DNA of 64,000 nt from an uncultured Arcobacter sp. Lineage in GTDB: Bacteria; Campylobacterota; Campylobacteria; Campylobacterales; Arcobacteraceae. The translations under genes and the position numbers were made by a program. Positions 19,353 through 28,371 of the stretch are shown one piece after another (the stretch's first letter is position 1; every line of letters starts with the position of its first letter). The notes beneath the pieces are model-generated. The model was not told where the DNA came from. It saw only the letters and a list, made by a program, of their open reading frames with translations, and ran no database searches. The DNA lies in the NCBI GenBank assembly GCA_965140705.1, contig OZ223300.1:224001-288000 (forward strand), read 5' to 3'.

Positions 19353-19591
19353 ATTCTTTCCTTTATCTATAATTTATTACTATTATATATAAAAGTACTT
19401 AAGTTTTACTTAACTAAAATATTTATTAACGATTTATTAATAAAGATTTATTTTAGAATAATTTATGTAGTTTGAGAATAAGATAGTACTAAAAGGTATA
19501 AAAATTTAAGTTTAGTTTAAGTTTTATGTAACTAGAGAGTGGGTAGTATTCTATCTACAAAAAATTACAGAATGGTAACAGAAGGATATTT

Positions 19592-21172
19592 TTGGATTTT
19601 AATACCATAAAAAGAATGGATGAAGCAAGAGATAAATCTCTTCCAAGTTTTGCAAAACTTTCCCTTGCATTATTATTTATAGTTATTGTATTTTTGTGGA
19701 GTTACTCTTCACATGAAGAATTACCAAATAACAGCTTTTTGATTATTGGTGCTGTATTCGGTGCTTACATGGCAATGAATATTGGAGCAAATGATGTAGC
19801 TAATAATGTTGGTCCAGCAGTTGGTGCTAAGGCTATGACTCTTATGTGGGCTATAGTTATTGCAGCAATATTTGAAGCTCTTGGAGCTTTGGTTGCTGGT
19901 GGTGATGTTGTTAATACAATTAAAAAAGGGATTATTGATCCAGCTCTAATCTCTAATCCGCAAATTTTTGTTTGGGCTATGACAGCTGCTTTATTATCTG
20001 CTGCATTATGGCTTAATTTTGCAACATCAATTGGTGCTCCTGTTTCTACTACTCATTCAATTGTTGGAGGAGTTATGGGTGCAGGTATTGCAGCTGCTGG
20101 TTTTGATATTGTTTCATGGGAAACAATGGGTAAGATTGCCGCATCTTGGGTTATTTCACCAATATTAGGTGGTGTTATTGCTGCACTATTTTTATATTTT
20201 ATTAAAAAAAACATTATGTTTAAAGATGAGAAATTAGCTTCTGCTAAAAAATTTGTACCCTTATTAATTGCCTTTATGACATGGGCTTTTTCTACATATA
20301 TTATTTTAAAAGGTTTAAAACATCTTGTAAAAGTTGATTTTACTACTGCTTTAATTCTTGGACTTATTATTTCAATTATTGTTTTTACTCTTATTAAGCC
20401 TTTGATTGCAAAAAAATCATCTAAACTAGCAGATAATAGAATAAGTGTGAATAGTTTGTTTAATATTCCTTTGATTTTTGCTGCTGCTTTATTATCTTTT
20501 GCTCATGGTGCAAATGATGTTGCAAATGCAATTGGACCATTGGCTGCTATTAATGATGCTGTTATGAATGCTACAATTTCCTCAAAAGTTGGTATTCCTT
20601 TATGGGTTATGGCTGTTGGTGCTTTTGGTATTGCTATTGGATTAGCCCTTTATGGACCAAAACTTATCAAAACAGTTGGTTCTGAAATAACTGAGCTTGA
20701 TCAAGTAAGAGCTTTTTCTATTGCAATGGCAGCAGCTATAACTGTTATTGTTGCCTCTCAACTTGGACTTCCAGTATCTTCTACTCATATTGCAGTTGGA
20801 GGGGTTTTTGGAGTTGGATTTTTAAGAGAATGGTTAGATTCATCTGAAGAAAAATTCTTAAAAGAGATTAGGGGAAAATTTAAAAAGGATAAAAGCCAAC
20901 TTGATAAATATCAATTAGAGTTAAGTCAACTTGCTGCTAAAGATTCTAAGTCAAAAGTTGATTATAAAAGAATAGTTGAATTATATAATTTGATTGATGA
21001 AAAAGATGAAAAAGTTAGATTAGAGAAAAAAGAGTTTAAATCAGCAAAACGAATTAAATATGTAAAAAGAGATGCGATTAAAAAAATTATTGCAGCTTGG
21101 ATTATTACTGTTCCTGCTGCTGCTTTTGTATCTGCTACTATCTTTTTTATGATTAAAGGTATGATGCTTTAA
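19592..21172 (+). CDS. pit: Inorganic phosphate transporter, PiT family
   Basis: Two GANDVAN signatures, PVSTTH and PVSSTH. TTG start after GAAGGA. Confidence 0.95.
   Translation: MDFNTIKRMDEARDKSLPSFAKLSLALLFIVIVFLWSYSSHEELPNNSFLIIGAVFGAYMAMNIGANDVANNVGPAVGAKAMTLMWAIVIAAIFEALGALVAGGDVVNTIKKGIIDPALISNPQIFVWAMTAALLSAALWLNFATSIGAPVSTTHSIVGGVMGAGIAAAGFDIVSWETMGKIAASWVISPILGGVIAALFLYFIKKNIMFKDEKLASAKKFVPLLIAFMTWAFSTYIILKGLKHLVKVDFTTALILGLIISIIVFTLIKPLIAKKSSKLADNRISVNSLFNIPLIFAAALLSFAHGANDVANAIGPLAAINDAVMNATISSKVGIPLWVMAVGAFGIAIGLALYGPKLIKTVGSEITELDQVRAFSIAMAAAITVIVASQLGLPVSSTHIAVGGVFGVGFLREWLDSSEEKFLKEIRGKFKKDKSQLDKYQLELSQLAAKDSKSKVDYKRIVELYNLIDEKDEKVRLEKKEFKSAKRIKYVKRDAIKKIIAAWIITVPAAAFVSATIFFMIKGMML
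20110..20125. other. parS-like site (inside pit)
   Basis: TGTTTCATGGGAAACA, 2 mismatches to TGTTTCACGTGAAACA. Confidence 0.55.
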
Positions 21173-21238
21173 TTTCAAAATTTTCTTAATTAATCTTCCT
21201 TATGATAATATTTCAGAAATTATCATGAGGAATATTTC

Positions 21239-22156
21239 ATTCAAGCTTTAATTTCAGTCGCTACTATTTACTTATTTATTTTAATTGGCTTTGTTTTTAA
21301 GAAATCTTTTAAAGGTGAAGTAAATGAAAGAACTTTAGTACTGTTAAACTTATATTTTCTTCAACCATTACTTGTATTTTGGGGATTAACTAGAGCACCT
21401 ATTAGTGAAGAATTTCTTCTTACACCTGTAGTGAGTGCTATATCTCTTTTAATAGTTTTAGTTATTTTATATTTCTATTCTTTAAAATTTTTTAAAAAAG
21501 ATGTTCAAGATAAATCTATTTTTTTAGCTTCTTCTTTAGTGGGAAATACTGGTAATTTAGGTATTCCCTTAGGAATTGCTATTTTTGGTTTACAAAGTGT
21601 CCCTTATACTTCTATTATTAATATTGTTAATGTTTTTTATATGTATATTTTTTCTATTTATTTTTTTACAGGTGAGAAATTTAGTATAAAGTCTTCTTTA
21701 AAAGCAATTTTTAAAATGCCTGCGATTCATGTCACTTTTATTGCTTTATTATTTAACTATTATGATTTACATATTAATGCAGATTTTGAGAAGTTTTTTA
21801 CTATGGGAGCATATACTGCAATTGTAATGCAATTGATTATCTTTGGTATATTTATGTCTGATGTGAAAATCAAATCAGCCAATTGGCATTTGGCACTTAA
21901 TATATCTTTATTTAAGCACTTTATTCTACCTTCTATTGGTCTTTGTGTTATCTTTTTATTTGATTTACCTCCATTGGTTAGTGCCATTATATTTATGGAA
22001 TTATTTGTTCCCCTTGCTGTTAATAATGTGAATCTTGCATCTTTATATAAATGTAAGCCAGTTGATGCAACTTTCTCTGTTTTGGTTAGTTCTTCTATTT
22101 TTGTAATTTTGACTTACGGATATATTCTATTAATTAATTATTTCTTCGGATTATAG
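21239..22156 (+). CDS. AEC (auxin efflux carrier) family transporter, probable non-canonical ATT start
   Basis: GNTGNLGIPLG motif. The frame is open well upstream of the ORF-track GTG and encodes an AEC-like N-terminus (QALISVATIYLFILIGF...LYFLQP). GAGG lies 8 nt before ATT at 21239. Confidence 0.8.
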   Translation: MQALISVATIYLFILIGFVFKKSFKGEVNERTLVLLNLYFLQPLLVFWGLTRAPISEEFLLTPVVSAISLLIVLVILYFYSLKFFKKDVQDKSIFLASSLVGNTGNLGIPLGIAIFGLQSVPYTSIINIVNVFYMYIFSIYFFTGEKFSIKSSLKAIFKMPAIHVTFIALLFNYYDLHINADFEKFFTMGAYTAIVMQLIIFGIFMSDVKIKSANWHLALNISLFKHFILPSIGLCVIFLFDLPPLVSAIIFMELFVPLAVNNVNLASLYKCKPVDATFSVLVSSSIFVILTYGYILLINYFFGL

Positions 22157-22157
22157 T

Positions 22158-23939
22158 ATGTGTGGTATATTAGGTTCTAATTTTATTTCAAATAATTTTG
22201 ATAGTGCTTTATCTATTATGAATAATAGAGGTCCAGATTATTCTAAAGTTTTTTCTCACAAAAATTATCAATTTGGTCACACAAGATTGTCTATAATTGA
22301 TGTAGATGAAGAAGCCAATCAGCCTATGATATTTGATGATATTTTGATTGTTTTCAATGGTGAGATATATAACTATAAAGAGCTAATCAAGAGTGAAAAT
22401 CTTCTTTGTAGTACATCATCTGATACAGAAGTTATAATAAGATTATATCAGAAGTATGGAATTGACTTTTTAAATAAATTAAATGGTATGTTTTCCTTCG
22501 TAATTTTTGATTTAAAACAAAAAAAATACTTTTGTGCTAGGGATAGATATGGGAAGAAACCATTCTTTTATTATTTCAAAGATAATAAATTTATTTTCTC
22601 TTCTTCTATTAAATCTATAATAAAAATATTAGGTTTTACTCCAAAATTAAATAAAGTTGCTTTATCTCAATATTTACAATACTTTGTTTCATTAAATGAT
22701 ATGACTTTTTATAATGATATTAATAAATTAGAAGCTTCTTCTTATATGCTTCTTTCTAACAATGAATTATTTATAAAAAAATATTACAAAATCAATACTT
22801 ACAAAAAAGTTGTTGATGAGAAACAAGCTTTAAATGATATAGAGGAGCTTTTATTTAAAAGTGTTGAATCAAGACTTGTAGGTGATGTGGAAGTAGGGAG
22901 CCTATTAAGTGGTGGAATTGATAGTTCACTTATATCCTCTTTGTATACAAATATCACAGGAAAGCGTATCAACACTTTCTCTGTAGGATATAGTGACCAT
23001 ATAAGCTATTCTGAGCTTGATTATGCTTCATTAGTATCAAAAGATATTAATTCTATACATCATCCCTTAGAGGTATCTAGAAATGATTTTATTGATGTCT
23101 TTGATGAAGTTATTGATGCCTTAGAAGAACCCCATGCTGATAGTGCTGCATTTCCTTTATATTGTTTAACTAAATTAATCAATAAAAAGGGAATAAAAGT
23201 TGTTTTAAGCGGTGAGGGTAGTGATGAGCTTTTTTTAGGATATGATAATTATGCTAAGTTTTTAAAATATTATAATTTCAAAGAATCTTTATCAAATAAT
23301 CAAGGTGGATTTTTAAAAGACATTATCTCTGCTTTGCAAAATAATACTAAAGAGAGTGAATACTTACGTAGAGTGGTTACCGATGAAAATATTTACAACT
23401 CTTTTGGTGAAATATATACTACTATACAAAAAAAGCGTTTATTTAAACGACTTCCTACTTTCAAACAAGAAAAGGCAAAAAAAGATCCTATTGATTGGAT
23501 GAGTTATATTGATTTAAAGATTTGGTTAGGGCAATCGTTACTTTCCAAGGTAGATAGAATCTCTATGGCAAATTCTATTGAAGTTAGAACTCCATTTTTG
23601 GATTATAGATTAGTTGATTATCTATTTAGTGTTGATACTAAATTAAAAACTGGAGATACAAATAAATATTTGTTAAAAAAGATTGCTAGTAAGTATATTC
23701 CAGAAAAAATTATTAATAGGAGTAAAAAAGGATTTAATTCTCCATATAATGAATGGATTTTTAATAGTCATGGTGAAGATTTACTAAAAACTATTCTTAA
23801 AGTAAATTATGAAACAAATTTATTCAATGAAGATTATGTTATTATGATTTATAATCTTGCAAAAAAGAATAAATTCAAACAACATTTTTGGTCTTTGTAT
23901 ATTTTTTCTTATTGGTTTAACAAAAATTATCTTATTTAA
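22158..23939 (+). CDS. asnB: Asparagine synthase (glutamine-hydrolysing) family amidotransferase
   Basis: N-terminal MCGI, RGPD, HTRLSIID, FNGEIYN, LSGGIDSS, SGEGSDE, EVRTPFLD. Confidence 0.93.
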   Translation: MCGILGSNFISNNFDSALSIMNNRGPDYSKVFSHKNYQFGHTRLSIIDVDEEANQPMIFDDILIVFNGEIYNYKELIKSENLLCSTSSDTEVIIRLYQKYGIDFLNKLNGMFSFVIFDLKQKKYFCARDRYGKKPFFYYFKDNKFIFSSSIKSIIKILGFTPKLNKVALSQYLQYFVSLNDMTFYNDINKLEASSYMLLSNNELFIKKYYKINTYKKVVDEKQALNDIEELLFKSVESRLVGDVEVGSLLSGGIDSSLISSLYTNITGKRINTFSVGYSDHISYSELDYASLVSKDINSIHHPLEVSRNDFIDVFDEVIDALEEPHADSAAFPLYCLTKLINKKGIKVVLSGEGSDELFLGYDNYAKFLKYYNFKESLSNNQGGFLKDIISALQNNTKESEYLRRVVTDENIYNSFGEIYTTIQKKRLFKRLPTFKQEKAKKDPIDWMSYIDLKIWLGQSLLSKVDRISMANSIEVRTPFLDYRLVDYLFSVDTKLKTGDTNKYLLKKIASKYIPEKIINRSKKGFNSPYNEWIFNSHGEDLLKTILKVNYETNLFNEDYVIMIYNLAKKNKFKQHFWSLYIFSYWFNKNYLI

Positions 23940-23949
23940 AAGGTTATAT

Positions 23950-24255
23950 ATGACACTACTTATTCCTACTGATTCTAATAATAGACATGAATGTGTTCTT
24001 TCAAGTATTGAAGAGAATAACTCATGGGCTTATGTAATTTTAAATGATGGACAAATAATTTCATGCGATTTTTTTGATAGAAAAGAAGATGTAATTGAAT
24101 GGATTGATTATGTTATTGTTTTAAATGACAAAGAATATATTTGGCCTTTTCTTAATGAAAAAATTAAAGTTCTTGTATCAAATAACGAAAAAAGTATTGA
24201 CGAAATAGTTGAATCTTTTCTTTTAAATAAGCTTACATTGTATACTCAAAAATAA
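23950..24255 (+). CDS. Hypothetical protein (101 aa), possibly NifB/NifX-like fold
   Basis: AAGG ribosome-binding site before ATG 23950 (MTLLIPTD...). The ORF-track start at 23857 overlaps asnB. The fold is a guess. Confidence 0.7.
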   Translation: MTLLIPTDSNNRHECVLSSIEENNSWAYVILNDGQIISCDFFDRKEDVIEWIDYVIVLNDKEYIWPFLNEKIKVLVSNNEKSIDEIVESFLLNKLTLYTQK

Positions 24256-24315
24256 TAACGGATATTTCTTACTTTTTTACAAAACAATACACAAATAAGC
24301 TAATATTTAATTATG

Positions 24316-24356
24316 TCTAGATTAATTTAGATATTTCTAGATATAATTGTCTGGAT
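24316..24356 (+). promoter_or_regulatory. Array of TCTAGAT-like boxes overlapping the -10 of the RHH gene
   Basis: TCTAGAT 24316, TTTAGAT 24326, TCTAGAT 24336, TCTGGAT 24350. TATAAT at 24342-24347. Confidence 0.55.
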
Positions 24357-24378
24357 ACTATTATATAAGGCTTCTAAA

Positions 24379-24642
24379 ATGGAAAAAAGAAAAATTGGTA
24401 GACCAATTCAGAAAATTGGGCGTGTAAAGATAGGAATGTCAATTGATGGTAAAACAAATGATTGTTTAACAGAATTAAGTGTAAATAGTGGTAAAACAAA
24501 GAGTAAAATTATAGAAGAATCCATTGCCTTATATTACGAAAATAATAAAGAACTGCAAGACAAAATTATATTAGCAAATAAAATGAAAGATGATCCTTAT
24601 TTTCATTTTAGAGATATTTTGAAAAAATCTTTAGACAAATAA
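24379..24642 (+). CDS. Ribbon-helix-helix (CopG-like) DNA-binding protein
   Basis: GRP then VKIGMSID (ribbon), helix, then GKTKSKIIEESI. Confidence 0.75.
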   Translation: MEKRKIGRPIQKIGRVKIGMSIDGKTNDCLTELSVNSGKTKSKIIEESIALYYENNKELQDKIILANKMKDDPYFHFRDILKKSLDK

Positions 24643-25383
24643 TTAAAAAGAATTTGGATTAAATCCAGTATCAAAATCGTTATAATTATTGAACTCATTT
24701 AAAAAATCATTACTTTGAATCGTTGGATCAGAATATCCATTTTGAATTGACTTCATTCTAAGATTCATTATATCAGTTTTAGAATCTATAAATTGAGGAC
24801 ATGCAATCGTACAGTTCCCACATAAAGTACAATCCCATATCCCGTTTATTTGAATTGTATCAAGTTTTGAGACTTTATTAGCTTCTTTTTTGTCATTTAG
24901 ATACCTAAATACTCTTGTAAGAGCAAAAGGGCCTAAAAAGTCCTTATTTACCTCATATACAGGGCAAGAGCTATAGCAATTTTGACATAAAATACAAGTA
25001 CTTTGTAAATCTATTAGTTTTTCATCTTCCTTTTTTATAGATATTTCTTCAAATTTTTCAATAAATGCCTTACTTTTAGATAAAAACTTTGCTGTTTGCT
25101 TTAAGTCCACAACTAAATCTTTTATAACAGTGCTGTTTTTTAGGGGTTTTACTATGATATCTTCATTTAATTTGCATTTACAGGCTAAAACTTCTTTTTC
25201 ATTTACCAAAATACTACATGAACCACAAATTCCACTTTTACATCCACTTCTGTAAGTTAAAGTAGAATCTATATTTTCTTTTATATATTCTAAGGCTTCA
25301 AGAGCAGTAATATTATCTTTATTAATTTTATATTGTTCTATATAATCTTCTTTATCATTTTTTCTATTTATACTTATATTCAT
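24643..25383 (-). CDS. Succinate dehydrogenase/fumarate reductase iron-sulfur subunit
   Basis: CKSGICGSC...C [2Fe-2S] motif, CILCQNCYSSCP, CTLCGNCTIACP. Confidence 0.92.
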   Translation of the reverse strand: MNISINRKNDKEDYIEQYKINKDNITALEALEYIKENIDSTLTYRSGCKSGICGSCSILVNEKEVLACKCKLNEDIIVKPLKNSTVIKDLVVDLKQTAKFLSKSKAFIEKFEEISIKKEDEKLIDLQSTCILCQNCYSSCPVYEVNKDFLGPFALTRVFRYLNDKKEANKVSKLDTIQINGIWDCTLCGNCTIACPQFIDSKTDIMNLRMKSIQNGYSDPTIQSNDFLNEFNNYNDFDTGFNPNSF

Positions 25384-26969
25384 AGTGACTCCTCAAGCTT
25401 ATAATCATTCTTCTTGTCAATATTCTGAATAGTTGATATCTTTTGATATTCTTTATTAATTTGTTCATAATCTTTTCTAAAATGTGAACCTCTTGACTCT
25501 TTTCTTTTTATGGCTGATTCACATATAAGTTTTGATAAGAGTAATAAATTACCTAATTCAATATAATCAACAATATTTTTGTTATATTTTTTGCTTTTAT
25601 TTTCTATTCCACTGTTTTTATATTCTTCTTCAAATTTTTTAATCAAAAGATGAAGTTTTTTTAAATCATTTTCTGTTCTATATAATCCTGCATAATTAAA
25701 CATTGCTTCACTTAAATCATTTTTTATTTTATAAATAGACTTTCCAAGCTTTTTTTCTAGTATGTGATTTATTATATTGGATTCTATTTTATTAGTAATT
25801 TCTGTTTCTTTTTTTAAGGCTATCTCAGTAGCATTACTTCCCGCTATTTTACCAAAAGTTATAATTTCTAATAGGGAATTTCCTCCTAATCTATTTGCAC
25901 CATGTGTATTGTTTTGTGTTACTTCTCCACAGGCATAAATATCTTTTATTGATGTTTCACATGAAACATTAGTTAAAATTCCACCCATGGTATAGTGTAC
26001 TGCAGGAACAATAGGAATCAAATCTTTATGAACATCTAGATTCATAATATCTTTTATTAGTTTTTTCTCTTGGGGCATTTTTTCTTTAATTATATTAATA
26101 TCTATATGTCGCATATCTAAATATACATTTTCGCCATTATCAATTTTTCTTTTAATTGCTCTTGCTACTTCATCTCTTGTAGATAATTCATCAACAAATC
26201 TTTTACCTTCATCATCAATCAGAAAAGCACCTTCTGCTCTAGCACTTTCACTAATTAAAGTATTAGTACCTTTAAGTGCAGTAGGGTGAAATTGTATGAA
26301 TTCTAGATTTGAGAGTTTAATTCCATGTTTAAAAGCGATTGCAAGCCCATCACCTGTAGTTGAGATACTATTTGTTGTATGAGTCGAATATATATTTCCA
26401 TAACCTCCTGTTGCAATTATAAGAGTTTTGGAATATAAACTAATTTCTTCACCATTTAATAGGTTAAAAACATTTACTCCTAAGTATTTATTATCTTCTA
26501 TAATTAGATCAATAAGAGAGTGTTCATTTAAAAACTCTATATTATTTTTCAGACAATTATCATATAAAGTATGAATGATTTTAAGACCAGTATAATCAGA
26601 GGAATAACATGTTCTTTTTGCCTTTGTTCCACCAAAATATCTTTGTGCTATTTCTCCATTGGCATCTCTTGAAAATGGAACTCCTAATTTATCTAACCAA
26701 GTTATAGTTTCTTTAGCACTTTCACACATCTTTTTTATAGTATTAATATTACCCAATTGTTTTGAGGATTTGTAAGTATCAGTTATATGATTTGATATTG
26801 AATCATTTTTATAGTCTAAAACACAATTTATTCCACCTTGTGCTTGAACTGTTTGGGAATGAGTAGGGTAAGTTTTTGATATAACAAGTACTTTATCTGT
26901 TTTTTCTTTAGCACTTAATGCTGCACTTAATCCAGCACCACCAGAACCAATAATTATTACATCATACAT
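25380..26969 (-). CDS. Succinate dehydrogenase/fumarate reductase flavoprotein subunit (no covalent-FAD His)
   Basis: GSGGAGL, AQGGI, QFHPT, TRDEVAR, HYTMGG, HGANRLGGNSL, RKESRGSH. Confidence 0.92.
   Translation of the reverse strand: MYDVIIIGSGGAGLSAALSAKEKTDKVLVISKTYPTHSQTVQAQGGINCVLDYKNDSISNHITDTYKSSKQLGNINTIKKMCESAKETITWLDKLGVPFSRDANGEIAQRYFGGTKAKRTCYSSDYTGLKIIHTLYDNCLKNNIEFLNEHSLIDLIIEDNKYLGVNVFNLLNGEEISLYSKTLIIATGGYGNIYSTHTTNSISTTGDGLAIAFKHGIKLSNLEFIQFHPTALKGTNTLISESARAEGAFLIDDEGKRFVDELSTRDEVARAIKRKIDNGENVYLDMRHIDINIIKEKMPQEKKLIKDIMNLDVHKDLIPIVPAVHYTMGGILTNVSCETSIKDIYACGEVTQNNTHGANRLGGNSLLEIITFGKIAGSNATEIALKKETEITNKIESNIINHILEKKLGKSIYKIKNDLSEAMFNYAGLYRTENDLKKLHLLIKKFEEEYKNSGIENKSKKYNKNIVDYIELGNLLLLSKLICESAIKRKESRGSHFRKDYEQINKEYQKISTIQNIDKKNDYKLEESL
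25953..25968. other. parS site (inside the flavoprotein gene)
   Basis: TGTTTCACATGAAACA, 1 mismatch to consensus. Confidence 0.8.
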
Positions 26970-26970
26970 T

Positions 26971-27393
26971 TTATTCCCAAAAGTCTTTTAAATTTTCTTG
27001 TATATCAGCTTTATCATTATTTATTATTCCTTCTATGCTATCAAGTTTTTCCAATAATGAAGATTTTTTTTCTTCTTTTTGTTTACTTATTCCTTTATTC
27101 TTTTCTTTAGGAATTTCTACTTCTTTTTGTCTAGTATTAATCTCTTCTAATAATTCTAATTCACTGTCTATACTTATATTGTTATTTAATAAGTAATTGA
27201 TAATTTCTTCATATTTTTTAAAATCCATCAATATAAAAGATGGTTTCCCATCTCTTAAAATAACAGCTTTTTCTATATCATTATTTTGAATAGAATCAAA
27301 TACTTGTTTACTTTTTCTTATTAATTGAGTTGATGGAATCATCTCACTTGATTTATATTGTAACAATGATTTTAAAATATCTTTATTCATCAA
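26971..27393 (-). CDS. Hypothetical protein with a Phd/YefM-like N-terminal domain
   Basis: MIPSTQLIRKSKQVFD...AVILRDGKPSFILMDFKKYE pattern, followed by a charged tail. Confidence 0.6.
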   Translation of the reverse strand: MMNKDILKSLLQYKSSEMIPSTQLIRKSKQVFDSIQNNDIEKAVILRDGKPSFILMDFKKYEEIINYLLNNNISIDSELELLEEINTRQKEVEIPKEKNKGISKQKEEKKSSLLEKLDSIEGIINNDKADIQENLKDFWE

Positions 27394-28312
27394 TAAATCC
27401 TTTTATATTATTATAAACACCTTCTATCAATTTCTTTCTTGCCTGAATAGATGACCAAGCAATATGTGGAGTGATAATTACATTTTCATTTTCAAGAATA
27501 TCATTAAGAGGAGAATCTTCTTCTATTGGTTCTGTTGTAACAGTATCTAATGCAAAGTAAATATTCTTTTCTTTTAATATCTCTACAATATCATATTCAT
27601 TTATTATTCCACCCCTTGCAACATTTATTACAATTGAATCATTTTTTAATAATTTCATGTTTTCGTAGTTTAATAAATCTTTTGTTTTTTCATTTAAGGG
27701 TGAGTGAATTGATATAATATCTGATTCTGATATTAATGATCCTAAATCAGTTGCATCATAGTTCGCATTATAATTCATACCTGAAGTTGAGTAGTATTTA
27801 ATATTACAGCCGAATGCACTAGCAATTTGTGCAACCTTTTCACCAATATTACCTAATCCGATAATTCCCCAAGTCTTACCATCAAGTTCAATGAAGGGCT
27901 TATCTATATGTGTAAAAATCTTTGATTTATGCCAATTACCTTCTTTTACATAATTAGAATAATAATCCATCTTTTGTATAAAATGCAAGGCAAAAGATAT
28001 TGTCAATTGTGCAACACTTGAAGTTGAATATCCAGCTACATTTTTTACTTCAATGCCCTTATGTTTGGCATATTCCACATCCACGTTATTCATACCAGTT
28101 GCACTTATGCAAATTAATTTTAACTCAGTAGCATCAATGATTTCTTTAGTAATAAGAACTTTATTAGTAATTGCAATATCGCAATCTTTTAATCTGGCGA
28201 TAGTTTCTTCATCATTCGTGTAATCGTAGCAAATGACTTCCCCAAATTTATTCAAAGAGCTTAGGTCCATGTCCGAACCTAAAGTAGATCTATCTAAAAT
28301 TACAATTTTCAT
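27383..28312 (-). CDS. D-2-hydroxyacid dehydrogenase (glycerate dehydrogenase-like)
   Basis: ATGMNNVD, GIIGLGNIG, INVARGG, TPHIAW. Confidence 0.93.
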   Translation of the reverse strand: MKIVILDRSTLGSDMDLSSLNKFGEVICYDYTNDEETIARLKDCDIAITNKVLITKEIIDATELKLICISATGMNNVDVEYAKHKGIEVKNVAGYSTSSVAQLTISFALHFIQKMDYYSNYVKEGNWHKSKIFTHIDKPFIELDGKTWGIIGLGNIGEKVAQIASAFGCNIKYYSTSGMNYNANYDATDLGSLISESDIISIHSPLNEKTKDLLNYENMKLLKNDSIVINVARGGIINEYDIVEILKEKNIYFALDTVTTEPIEEDSPLNDILENENVIITPHIAWSSIQARKKLIEGVYNNIKGFIDE

Positions 28313-28371
28313 TTTGTATACCTTTACATATTATAATACGTAAAGGTATCAAAACTAAACTAAAATTATGA

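Noticed and set aside
21203..21225. TGATAAT...ATTATCA as a Fur box
   Set aside because: The half-sites are 9 bp apart rather than the 7-1-7 arrangement. It is better explained as part of a hairpin.
22158..23939. AsnB as a lasso-peptide cyclase
   Set aside because: It has an intact N-terminal Cys glutaminase domain, and no leader peptidase, RRE or precursor gene is nearby.
23857..23949. Longer start for the hypothetical protein after asnB
   Set aside because: It overlaps asnB by over 80 nt. ATG 23950 has a ribosome-binding site.
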